24,000 nt of DNA from Methanotrichaceae archaeon. Its GTDB lineage: Archaea; Halobacteriota; Methanosarcinia; Methanotrichales; Methanotrichaceae. Below, piece after piece: positions 9,146-17,304 of the stretch. The stretch's first letter is position 1. Each line of letters begins with the position of its first letter. Under the pieces are notes generated by a model. It ran no database searches. It had not been told where the DNA came from and saw only the letters and a program-made list of their open reading frames with translations. The stretch covers positions 177,889 through 201,888 of the forward strand of contig CAVWIG010000028.1 of the NCBI GenBank assembly GCA_963754945.1, in the 5' to 3' direction. The position numbers and the translations under genes were made by a program.

Positions 9146-10018
9146 ATGATAGATATCGCAATTCCCAAGGGCAGCCTCCTGAATCAAACCCTGCAGCTAT
9201 TCGAGCAGGCTGGCCTGGAGATAAGAAGGACAGAGCGAGAGTACAACGCGAAGATCAACGATCCCCGCGTGGGCAAGGTCAAGATCCTCCGGCCTCAAGA
9301 GATCCCTTCCTATGTTGCCAAAGGCTACTTCGATCTGGGAATATCGGGCACCGATTGGATTAGGGAGTCCAAGGCGGATGTAGTGACTGTTGCCGAGCTG
9401 AACTACGGCAAGCAGGGACCCGGAAAGGTGAAGTTGGTAGTGGCCGTTCCAGACTGCGAGGGGATAGCTTCGGCAAGAGACATCAAACCCAATAGCCGGG
9501 TTGCCACAGAGTACCCAGAGTTGACGAGGTCCTTCTTCGAGCGGCTCGGAATACAAGTGGATGTCCAGTACTCCTACGGTGCCACAGAGGCAAAGGTGCC
9601 TGAGCTGACTGACGTGGTCGTAGACCTTACGGAGACAGGTTCCACTCTTCGGAAGAACGGGCTGAAGATCGTTGATGTGATGATGGAGTCCACATCGGAG
9701 CTGATCGCAAACAAGAAGAGCTGGGCCGATCCGGAGAAGCGTGAAGACATCCAGGCCATTGAGACTTTACTGTCGGCAGTAATAAGAGCCAGGGGGAAGG
9801 TGCTCATTGATTTGAACGTACCCGAGGAGAAGATCGAAGAGGTGATATCCATCCTGCCGAGCATGAAGAACCCAACAATCTCCAAACTCTACAACTCCGG
9901 CTACTACGCAGTGGAGAGCGTTGTGGACAAGTCTCAGATCAACCTGCTTATACCAAGGCTCAAGAAGGCAGGTGCAGAGGACATCCTGGAGCTGGCAATA
10001 TCGAAGATTGTTCCCTGA
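9146..10018 (+). CDS. hisG: ATP phosphoribosyltransferase (long form)
   Basis: The track ORF starts at TTG 9119. ATG 9146 (MIDIAIPKGSLLNQTLQLFEQAGL...) is preceded by GGAG about 10 nt upstream and matches the canonical HisG N-terminus. Also present are ...RPQEIPSYVAKGYFDLGISGTDW... and ...DLTETGSTLRKNGL.... Confidence 0.9.
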   Translation: MIDIAIPKGSLLNQTLQLFEQAGLEIRRTEREYNAKINDPRVGKVKILRPQEIPSYVAKGYFDLGISGTDWIRESKADVVTVAELNYGKQGPGKVKLVVAVPDCEGIASARDIKPNSRVATEYPELTRSFFERLGIQVDVQYSYGATEAKVPELTDVVVDLTETGSTLRKNGLKIVDVMMESTSELIANKKSWADPEKREDIQAIETLLSAVIRARGKVLIDLNVPEEKIEEVISILPSMKNPTISKLYNSGYYAVESVVDKSQINLLIPRLKKAGAEDILELAISKIVP

Positions 10019-10046
10019 TAAAATCCAAAATAATTTAACGGAAAAG

Positions 10047-10121
10047 CGGGCGCGGGGGGATTCGAACCCCCGATCTACAGCTTAGGAGGCTGCCGCCTTA
10101 TCCTGACTAGGCCACGCGCCC
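10047..10121 (-). tRNA. tRNA-Arg (anticodon CCU)
   Basis: The minus strand folds as a cloverleaf by hand: GGGCGCG-TG-GCCT-AGTCAGGATA-AGGC-G-GCAGC-CTCCTAA-GCTGT-AGATC-GGGGG-TTCGAAT-CCCCC-CGCGCCC-G. It has a 7-bp acceptor stem, a GTTCGAATC T-loop and anticodon loop CU-CCU-AA. CCA is not encoded. Confidence 0.9.
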
Positions 10122-10148
10122 TCTGGCTCTTCCTCGTATAACCAACAC

Positions 10149-10166
10149 GTATATCAATCTTTCCGG
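10149..10166 (-). promoter_or_regulatory. BRE/TATA-like promoter block upstream of tRNA-Arg
   Basis: The minus strand reads CGGAAAGATTGATATAC about 30-45 nt upstream of the mature tRNA 5' end. The same (C)GAAA(G/A)-n-TnTATA architecture occurs at the tRNA-His gene, the pentapeptide gene and the three repeat units at 21.1-21.7 kb. Confidence 0.4.
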
Positions 10167-10212
10167 GTGGCATCGATCTTCTATCAACTCATTTCGTGAT
10201 CTTCTTGCCGAG

Positions 10213-10300
10213 TTATCTTATAAGCACGCCACTTAAGGTGACCACGAATAGTCCCAGGAAGAACCATCCTAGAACCTCGATCATGGCCAGATGCCAACAT
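10213..10300 (-). pseudogene. C-terminal remnant of a pentapeptide-repeat/2-TM membrane protein paralog
   Basis: The minus-strand translation ...HLAMIEVLGWFFLGLFVVTLSGVLIR* (stop at 10213-10215) parallels the C-terminus of the intact neighbour (RHLAMLEIILGWFFMMLFVVILVGILIR*). No upstream coding body remains. Confidence 0.55.
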
Positions 10301-10326
10301 ACCCTATGGATAAACCCTATGGATAA
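10301..10326. repeat. Perfect 13-bp tandem duplication (ACCCTATGGATAA x2)
   Basis: Read directly from the sequence: 10301-10313 is identical to 10314-10326. Confidence 0.9.
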
Positions 10327-10381
10327 TTGTTCACAGGAGCTCGGGGATGGTTTTGACTAGATTATCAGACCGAATCTTGAG

Positions 10382-11875
10382 CTATCGGATCAATATGCCA
10401 ACCAGGATAACCACGAAGAGCATCATGAAGAACCAACCCAGTATAATTTCTAACATCGCCAAATGCCTGTAAAAACCCACAGGATATCTATTCACCGGTC
10501 CCTGCGCTGAGTTGAACTGGGCGACACTGAAGTACATGGCGTCGATAAGGGATACACGCTGTTTCTGGATGCCTTTTGTTCTGCCCGGAATCCTCTGTCC
10601 GATTTGTTCGAACCCCTTCATTCCGTTGCCAGCCCAGAAGACAACTCCAAAGAGGACGATGGTGAAGATGCACCAGAAGGCGGTGTAGCTCACGCGAACG
10701 CCGTAGCCGCAGGAGAGCCAGGCAATCACATCTGCCAGCTTTGCCCAGCCCCATGGCTCGTTTGCCTGGCTGATCTGGCGATATTCATAGTAACAGTCGT
10801 CTGCATCATTGAACCACTCGAGATTCTTGTAGTTTTTAACCAGGGCCAGGTAGGCGGCACCATTGAACTCCAATCTGTCTCTTATGGTTGACCAGGGGAC
10901 AACCAGCCTTGTGAAGTCCGCATCCTTTAGACTAATCGTTGAATTCTTCCCGAAAGTAGCGTTGTCGAGTTGCATGTTGTAGATCCTGGCGCTCTCGAGG
11001 ACCAGGTCTTTGTTGAATTTCGCGTCCAGAAAGTGAGCATTATCATCGAACTTTGCCACGGCGAAGAACGCAGTGTTCTCAAAAGTAACGTTGGCAAAGT
11101 CAGCAAACCCACCGAAGCTGGCAAGGCCAAAGCTGGAGCCTCCGTAAAAATGGGACGACCGGAAAATGACGTCTCTGACGAACTGAGTTCCTGCAAAGTC
11201 AGCATTCCCTTTGAAATTAGAGTCCATGAAGATGGTAGTCCCGCTGAATTGAGAGTTGGTGATGCTTGCATCTCCGGAGAAGATGGCACCCATGAAGGTT
11301 ACAGGACGGGAGAACTGGACCAGGTCGAATTTGGCGCCTGCATCAAAGTTTGAGCCTTCGAAGACGGCATTTCCGTCAAACTGGGAGTTGGCAAAGCTGA
11401 CCACCCCTTCGAACCTCGCTAGGCTGAAAGAGACTGCACTGTCGAACCTGGCAAACTTGAAATCCGTATTACCGGAGAATCTCGTGCCACCAAAATTCGC
11501 ATCTCCCTGGAACCGGGCTTTAGCAAAGCTTGCATTGCCCTGGAAGGCCGTTCCATGAAAGTCCATAAGATCCCCAAAGGTTACTCTCTCGAAGTTCGCA
11601 GGTCCTTGGATTATGGAGTTGGTTATCTCTACCGACTGGCGGACCGGCCCTGTTAGTTTGCTCAGGTCAAGGTTCCCTGAGATGGAGACATTATCATAAG
11701 ACACCGCTTGGTTGGCTTCGATCTCGTTCAGGATCTGGGAAGCAACGACCTCTTGCAGGCGGATAGCGCTATTCTTCGTCGAGTTTCCTGAAGCCGGCAG
11801 GCTGGATGCATCGCATGCAGAGGCGAAGATGAGGATTAGAAGTAATGCCGTAGTCCACTTGGATATTCGGAACAT
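10382..11875 (-). CDS. Pentapeptide-repeat protein with an N-terminal signal/lipobox-like sequence and a C-terminal 2-TM pore-like membrane domain
   Basis: The track ORF starts at TTG 11899; the first ATG at 11875 gives MFRISKWTTALLLILIFASAC.... A long tract of A(D/N)FxG-type pentapeptide repeats follows (NASFAKARFQGDANFGGTRFSGNTDFKFARFDSAVSFSLARFEG...). The C-terminus has two hydrophobic helices flanking LIDAMYFSVAQFNSAQG. A TATA-like block centred about 30 nt upstream of ATG 11875 suggests a leaderless or near-leaderless mRNA. Confidence 0.85.
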   Translation of the reverse strand: MFRISKWTTALLLILIFASACDASSLPASGNSTKNSAIRLQEVVASQILNEIEANQAVSYDNVSISGNLDLSKLTGPVRQSVEITNSIIQGPANFERVTFGDLMDFHGTAFQGNASFAKARFQGDANFGGTRFSGNTDFKFARFDSAVSFSLARFEGVVSFANSQFDGNAVFEGSNFDAGAKFDLVQFSRPVTFMGAIFSGDASITNSQFSGTTIFMDSNFKGNADFAGTQFVRDVIFRSSHFYGGSSFGLASFGGFADFANVTFENTAFFAVAKFDDNAHFLDAKFNKDLVLESARIYNMQLDNATFGKNSTISLKDADFTRLVVPWSTIRDRLEFNGAAYLALVKNYKNLEWFNDADDCYYEYRQISQANEPWGWAKLADVIAWLSCGYGVRVSYTAFWCIFTIVLFGVVFWAGNGMKGFEQIGQRIPGRTKGIQKQRVSLIDAMYFSVAQFNSAQGPVNRYPVGFYRHLAMLEIILGWFFMMLFVVILVGILIR

Positions 11876-11900
11876 GCCCAACTCTCGGGGAACTCTCAAG

Positions 11901-11915
11901 GATATAAAGCATTTC
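11901..11915 (-). promoter_or_regulatory. BRE/TATA-like promoter of the intact pentapeptide-repeat gene
   Basis: The minus strand reads GAAATGCTTTATATC, followed by 27 nt and then ATG 11875. It lies just downstream of the stop of the upstream pseudogene. Confidence 0.45.
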
Positions 11916-11935
11916 TGTTCTGCTATTTGATCATG

Positions 11936-12856
11936 TTACCTGATCGTAATCCTTCCCAAAGTCACCAGGAAGAGCGCCAGGAGAAGCCAACCCAGAATGC
12001 CCTCGACTATGACGTAGTACCTGTGCTCCTGTCGGCAAAAAGTCGATTGGCCCTTGAGAGAGGAAGATGCAGGTACTGAAGAACAGAGCGTTGCGAAAGA
12101 TCGCTCTTCTGGAATGGAGTCCTTCTCGACAGGGCCCTGCAGGGGCTTGGCTGATCTGCGAATGCCGTCTCCCTTCCAGAAAATCAGTGCAAACACTAGG
12201 ATTAGGATGGTCAATACCGCCCAGGCAAACAGTGTAACCGGGCCGAACACCGTAGCCGCAAGACAGCCAAGCTAGAACGTCTATGGCCTTCGACAAACCA
12301 AACCCTTTCTCTGCCTGGTCCAATCTGCGATACTCGTAGTAGCAGTCGTCTTGTTCACTATGCCAGTCAAGGACCTGTAGTTGTCGATAAGACCTAGGTA
12401 AACTCCCGGATCGTAGACCACATGATCTTTGATTTCGTTCCAGGGAGCCTTCTGTCTCTTAAAATCTGCATCCTTCAAGTTAATTTTGGAGTTCTGCTGA
12501 AGCTGGCCTTTCCAGAAGCATTGAAGAAATCTGGGCGCTCTACAAGTTCAGTTCACTGTCGAATGCCGCGCTTTCTAAGCTCGTTATGTCTTCGAACTTG
12601 ACGAGGCCGAAGAGGGCCTTATCCTTGAAATGAGCCTTAGAGAAGTCGGCAGCATCGCTGAAGCGTGCCAGGTTGAAGGTGGCCTCCTCGGAGAATAGAG
12701 CGTCGCCGAAGGAGGATAGGCCTGAAAATCTGGTCAGGCCGAACCTGGCTAGGCCACTGAAGTTACAATTGCCGAAGCTGGTATCCTTCTGGGCATAAGA
12801 TAAGTCGCTGTGGACATCACCAGAACTGCGAACATTATCATGAATAGCTTGACCAT
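11936..12856 (-). pseudogene. Frameshifted, internally shortened paralog of the pentapeptide-repeat/2-TM protein
   Basis: Homologous segments are spread over several frames: a signal-like MVKLFMIMFAVLVMSTA (from 12856); SFGNCNFSGLARFGLTRFSGLSSFGDALFSEEATFNLARFSDAADFSKAHF (a different frame, ending in TAG); KDADFKRQKAPWNEIKD...YLGLIDNYRSL (track ORF 12281..12478); ...LSKAIDVLAWLSCGYGVRPGYTV (11931..12323); and ...FAWAVLTILILVFALIFW...YYVIVEGILGWLLLALFLVTLGRITIR* (11936..12250). Each segment aligns by eye to the intact neighbour. There are at least four frame disruptions, and the repeat tract is much shorter. Confidence 0.75.
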
Positions 12857-12935
12857 CTCACGGGACAAGTGAGGACAATTCAATGCTTTATCTTTTCCCC
12901 TGTATAGAGCTTTGAGACATGCAGGATGGTGCCGC

Positions 12936-12959
12936 AAAAAAAATGAAGTCTGCAACTTC
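12936..12959 (-). terminator. Hairpin plus U8 terminator downstream of the flavoprotein gene
   Basis: The minus strand reads GAAGT-TGCAG-ACTTC followed by CATTTTTTTT (A8 on the plus strand at 12936-12943). It lies about 70 nt after the stop at 13030. Confidence 0.5.
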
Positions 12960-13029
12960 ATTCCATCACTTTCATCGATAAATATCAGGCGTCAAATTGG
13001 AACTCGCTTAAGAAGATTCATATGTAAAG

Positions 13030-14196
13030 CTAGCCTTTGGCAATATTGACTGCCAAGTCTAAAACCGTCATAGGTTGGACCGATGTTACTAGAATTCCGG
13101 CGTCTAGCGCCTTACGGCACAGTGAGCCTCTCAGAACCAGGTTCTTTCCGGAGATGCCTTTGACCAACCGGTCAATATCTACATCGCTCATGTTTCTAAG
13201 AGTCTCCAGGGACGCCCTGCCCAATCGGTATACCCAGCCGAACTCGGACCACCAGAGGCGTTCGTAACGGGATAGGGTCGCCCTGGACACGTCTCCGGCT
13301 GAAACCGCCTGGCCGGCCACTGTGCCGCAGATGGTCCCGGCGCGCATACCGTAAATAAGCCCGCTCTGACCTGAAGCCCCTCCAGTCACCATAAAGCCGT
13401 CTGAGACTATCTCTCCCGGGAGAACGGCTATTGGGTCGCCTCCTTGCTTTATGGAGAGTACCTTCATCTGTTCGATTTTTCTGTAAGCTTCGGCCTTGTA
13501 TGCTTTGAACCTACCGAGAAAGCTTTGGAAAAAAGGATTGACGTCCATGCCGTGTCCCCTAACAAATACGCCCAAGGTAGCCAGGTCTTCCCCTGCGGGC
13601 GAGAATGTCGCCTTCCACCCTGGGGCCATGCTGCCAATCCAGTACTCGAAGAAATCCTCTTCTCCTAGGCCAGGATGCTGGACTGTGGCTTCCACGGCCC
13701 AGGCAATGTCCAGAGGATGGCGAATTGGAGAAATGCCTGCTTGACGAGCCAGAAAGGGCTGCACTCCAGAGGCATCTATCGTTACCTTGGCTTGGATATC
13801 CCCTTGCCGTGTAGATACCAGACTGTTACCCGATCTGATCAAAATTCCCGTTGCTTGGCCTTCCAGAAGCATAACCCCCTCTTTTTCAGCGATGTTCAGG
13901 TAGTGATCGTCGAAACGTCTTCTGTCTATGAAGTAGCCCTTCGCAGGTACGGTTGCGCAATGGCCGGAAGGCGAGACGATTCGCATTCCTCGCAACGATC
14001 TTTTTATATAGCAATCATCAACTTGAAAACCCGTCTGGGAGGCCATGCCTTCGAAGAAGGTGTTGGCTGAATGATCAACTCCCCAGGGGTTTCTGTCTAG
14101 GAGGATCACGTCAGATCCGCATCTTGCTGCTGAGATCGCCGCCATCATGCCGGCAGCAGAAGCTCCCACAACCAGCACGTCGCATTTCATAGTCAT
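13030..14196 (-). CDS. FAD-dependent oxidoreductase of the geranylgeranyl reductase family
   Basis: The track ORF starts at TTG 14250. ATG 14196 or 14190 gives M(TM)KCDVLVVGASAAGMMAAISAARCGSDVILLDR, a Rossmann GxGxxG FAD-binding motif at the N-terminus. The later GFMVTGGASGQSGLIYGMRAG is typical of GGR-like flavoproteins. Confidence 0.8.
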   Translation of the reverse strand: MTMKCDVLVVGASAAGMMAAISAARCGSDVILLDRNPWGVDHSANTFFEGMASQTGFQVDDCYIKRSLRGMRIVSPSGHCATVPAKGYFIDRRRFDDHYLNIAEKEGVMLLEGQATGILIRSGNSLVSTRQGDIQAKVTIDASGVQPFLARQAGISPIRHPLDIAWAVEATVQHPGLGEEDFFEYWIGSMAPGWKATFSPAGEDLATLGVFVRGHGMDVNPFFQSFLGRFKAYKAEAYRKIEQMKVLSIKQGGDPIAVLPGEIVSDGFMVTGGASGQSGLIYGMRAGTICGTVAGQAVSAGDVSRATLSRYERLWWSEFGWVYRLGRASLETLRNMSDVDIDRLVKGISGKNLVLRGSLCRKALDAGILVTSVQPMTVLDLAVNIAKG

Positions 14197-14360
14197 AGGT
14201 GAAACAAGGATCAGATGAACTTTTCCAGAAGAGGCCTGGTTCTTAAACAAATTACCCGATGAATCCAGTCGGATTAGTACAATGATGAAAATAAAGGGAA
14301 TGAAATATAAATGATTGCGGTGAAATATAAATAAAAGAATAGAGATATAAGATTAAATTA

Positions 14361-14385
14361 TGAAAAATGGCCAGATAAATCTGGC
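14361..14385 (-). terminator. Hairpin plus U-run terminator directly after DUF1699 paralog 1
   Basis: After the stop codon the minus strand reads GCCAGAT-TT-ATCTGGC and then CATTTTTCA. Confidence 0.5.
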
Positions 14386-14793
14386 TTAAGCAGTTATCTT
14401 GGTCTTGGCGATGTACTTGATCAAGTCGGGACCCAAGCGTGCTTTCTTCTGGATCTGGCTTGCCATCTCGTCCATGTCCAAGCCGGTTGAAGTCAAGGTT
14501 CTGATCTCTTCCAGGGTGGCGTCCTCTACGGTGAAGTACTCATCCAGGTCCTTCCTGTGACCCCAGACGTCCCCTTGCAGGAGTTCAATGCCCTGCATTT
14601 CCAGGAAAACCTGGATGGCATTGGACATAGTCTTGTGGTAGGATGGAGGCACCTGAATCATTCTGAGCCTGGGACATTTCTGCATCAGGTTTAGGAAGTC
14701 AACATTGGATGCCCTGAAGGCAAGGTGAACCAGCTTCTCATTCGGGTTCAGGCTGGTTATTTCGTTCTTTGAGCTTACTACTCTTAGTCTCAT
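14386..14793 (-). CDS. DUF1699-like archaeal protein, paralog 1
   Basis: The track ORF extends to 14892. ATG 14793 (MRLRVVSSKNEITSLNPNEKLVHLAFRASNVDFLNL...) has GGAGAG about 10 nt upstream and gives 135 aa, the same length as paralog 2. The conserved core ...IQVPPSY.KTMSNAI.VF.EMQGI.LL.GDVWGHRKDLDEY... matches my recollection of Pfam DUF1699, a Methanosarcinales-rich family. Confidence 0.7.
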   Translation of the reverse strand: MRLRVVSSKNEITSLNPNEKLVHLAFRASNVDFLNLMQKCPRLRMIQVPPSYHKTMSNAIQVFLEMQGIELLQGDVWGHRKDLDEYFTVEDATLEEIRTLTSTGLDMDEMASQIQKKARLGPDLIKYIAKTKITA

Positions 14794-15602
14794 TTTTTTA
14801 ACTCTCCTATCTTGTACGAAGTATAAGCTATTATTAATAGACACTTGCACTGTACACATCTGTATAAACCAGTTGCAGATAGATAAACACATAGGAATTT
14901 AAAGTTTATTGTGGATCGTTCTGAGCTAAAATCCCGAGATATCTGGTGATAAGAAAAGATAGCATGAAATATCCTGAAACCCTGAACTAAACGATAGCCT
15001 CTGATGCTTTAACCAAAATGGCATCCTCATAAGATCCAAATCTTAAGCGCACAGCCATAGTGTCTGGGCCTCGGGTCCAGCATTGAAGACTTCGAGCAAT
15101 TTTCGGTTTCACATCCTTCTCAAGATGATTGGAGTTGACGAGCTAGCATCTGAATTTAACCATGATTGAATTGAAGATGACTGATCAATGAATCCCAATA
15201 CGTCCTTCGCGCATGATCCCAAAATGAGGCAGATGGCTGAGAAAAAAGAGCGCGGTTCTTCTTGGAATTAGGTCCTTGCTATTTCCTGTTGGAGGATCTT
15301 AGGAGGCTTGAACGTCTTAGTGCTTTGGGGTGAATTACAATCTGGACCAACCACAACGAAAAACAAAAGCGCAAGCGCTTGAAGGTCCAGATACCCAGAG
15401 ACATGTTTGTTATCAACACTGAAAAACTGCGAAGAAGCCTGGAATTATCTGTCCAATCTTCTCGATAGATTGGGAAAACGATGTCTTTTGGAGAACTGCG
15501 TGCACTTGGGGCAAAGTGGTTGCAGGTGATTGATACTCCGAGGCCCAAATATTAGAAAAAGTAGAGTTAGGGCTGGCAACGGCCCCGGCTCAGTATAAAG
15601 GA

Positions 15603-16010
15603 TCAAGCGATGATCTTAGTCCTGGCTATGTACTTGATGAGGTCTGGAGCCAGCCTTGCTTTCTTCTGGATCTGACCGGCCAACTTGTCCATATTCGCTC
15701 CGTTTGAGGCCAAACTTCTGATCTCTTCTATCGTGGCGTCATCCACAACAAAGTACTCATCTAGGTCCTTCCTGTGGCCCCAGACGTCTCCCTCCAAGAG
15801 ATCGATGCCCTGCATTTCCATGAATACGTGGATAGCGTTGGACATAGTCTTTTGGTAGGATGGAGGCACCTGAATCATCCTTAGCCTGGGACATTTTTGA
15901 ATCAGATTCAGGAAGTCGACGTTGGACGCCCTGAAGGCCAGATGGACGAGCTTTTCGTTCGGACTGAGCCTGGATATCTCGCTTCTCGAGCTTACTACTC
16001 TTAGTCGCAT
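15603..16010 (-). CDS. DUF1699-like archaeal protein, paralog 2
   Basis: The track start 16016 is a GTG. ATG 16010 gives MRLRVVSSRSEISRLSPNEKLVHLAFRASNVDFLNL..., 135 aa. My residue-by-residue comparison finds about 110 of 135 positions identical to paralog 1. Confidence 0.7.
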   Translation of the reverse strand: MRLRVVSSRSEISRLSPNEKLVHLAFRASNVDFLNLIQKCPRLRMIQVPPSYQKTMSNAIHVFMEMQGIDLLEGDVWGHRKDLDEYFVVDDATIEEIRSLASNGANMDKLAGQIQKKARLAPDLIKYIARTKIIA

Positions 16011-16480
16011 GGACACTCACCAGATAATGCTATTTTATTATTTATACGACCTCATGATGCAACATCAGGTATAAAACATTTACGACTTACATAAATAATT
16101 AGATAAATATCTAAGTATCTCTAGGAAGAAGGTTTATAAAACTGTACATATAAATACATATTTCGAAATCCAGTTATGTAAATAAAGTTTTATAATATAG
16201 TTTTATATCAGTGTGTGAGGGAGGTTAAATAAGAGGAATATTGCTTGCAGCCTTCGGTGTTCATCTACAATTTGTCTTCGGGTTCTATCGGACGTCATTT
16301 ATCCAAATTATACGCACGGCTCAATTTCAGCGTGCCATAAATAGAACGGCTGCCTGCTAAGGACGACAAATTCCAGCCAGATGAAGATCCCATCAATCTC
16401 ATCATCGATGGCAGTTCAACTTCAAATTGATCAAGCTTTCCAGCATGACAATCTCATTGCCAATTGATTTCTGGTTGTTA

Positions 16481-16942
16481 TTATTGGGACGGTTCCTTCA
16501 CTATTAGTTCGCCTTCTTCGGTGACGTAGATCTCGATATCCTGTGAAAGAGCACGCTTCTTGAACAGCTCGGGTGCTCCTCTTCTGAGCTGGAAGATTAT
16601 ATCAAGAGATGTTGCGGGCAGTTGAATGGACATTCTGTCAGCTGCCTGGAAGATCCTAGCAGGAATGTCAAAGACATCAGTCCCAGCGGTTACCTTGAGG
16701 GAGATGGGTGCCTGAATGGTCATCCACTGTCGAAGAGTATTTTGGGCCCGGGCAATGTTCTGATGAGCCCTTTTCTCCAGTATGCTGATGTTCGACCTGG
16801 TGGTCCCTATCATGTCCGCTACCTCCTGTTGGGATCGGCCTTTGTGGCGAAGTTTTATAACCTCGATTTGTCTTTCCGTTAGAAAGGAAGAGGCGTCATC
16901 CTTCAGATCATCATCCCTCAGTTCGTCATCTTCTTGCTTCAT
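16481..16942 (-). CDS. tfx: Tfx-family DNA-binding transcriptional regulator
   Basis: 153 aa. After an acidic N-terminus comes FLTERQIEVIKLRHKGRSQQEVADMIGTTRSNISILEKRAHQNIARAQNTL, a LuxR/sigma-70 region-4-like HTH typical of Tfx. The Tfx C-terminal domain follows. Confidence 0.85.
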   Translation of the reverse strand: MKQEDDELRDDDLKDDASSFLTERQIEVIKLRHKGRSQQEVADMIGTTRSNISILEKRAHQNIARAQNTLRQWMTIQAPISLKVTAGTDVFDIPARIFQAADRMSIQLPATSLDIIFQLRRGAPELFKKRALSQDIEIYVTEEGELIVKEPSQ

Positions 16943-17304
16943 CTATCCTTTGGAAAATGGAACTCTTAAGATAAAAACCTCTGCCCCTCTCATGATTCGT
17001 AGATCTGGATGCAGTTTTAAGATGAATTGAAAACTCTTCTTACGACATCTGAATGCATCAACATCTATTAGCTTAACCGTGGATTCTCTACTATCGATTA
17101 TCGCATTTCTGCTTGCGAAATCATAACTGGCGATGCCACAAGAAGATGAGTCCAGCATTCGAGGTTATTTTCGTGATTATATAATCATTTAAAACATATA
17201 TAATATATCATTATCAAATAGATGATGGCATCTGCGGTATAACAAGAAGTTACGAGAAGTGCTGTCAAAAAATACAAAGAGACAATTTTGCCTTCTAAAA
17301 AATA

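Noticed and set aside
8956-9168. N-terminal 71-codon extension of the metallophosphoesterase ORF, overlapping the hisG start
   Set aside because: The extension lacks family similarity. A GGAG-ATG pair at 8955 coincides with the first phosphoesterase motif (DTHFG). The extension would also run through the divergent promoter region and into hisG.
10488-11558. ORFs overlapping the pentapeptide-repeat gene (10488..10754-, 10604..10891+, 10927..11289-, 10970..11353+, 11256..11558+)
   Set aside because: These are alternative or antisense frames of a repetitive gene. Pentapeptide-repeat DNA keeps several frames open. Only the 10382..11875 frame gives a coherent signal peptide, repeats and TM architecture.
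13037-14192. Plus-strand ORFs of 69-131 aa antisense to the flavoprotein gene
   Set aside because: These are shadow frames opposite a gene with a clear Rossmann FAD motif. No independent support.
15279-15548. 89-aa minus-strand ORF in the spacer between the DUF1699 paralogs
   Set aside because: It has no motif, no RBS and an odd composition. The roughly 700-bp spacer looks non-coding, possibly decayed duplication filler.
16205-16360. Short plus-strand frame after GAGGGAGG...AAGAGG (TTG start at about 16242, about 39 codons, LAAFGVHLQFVFGFYRTSF...)
   Set aside because: It has a non-ATG start and no conservation evidence available, and it lies in the AT-rich promoter region of DUF1699 paralog 2. 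This is too speculative to annotate.
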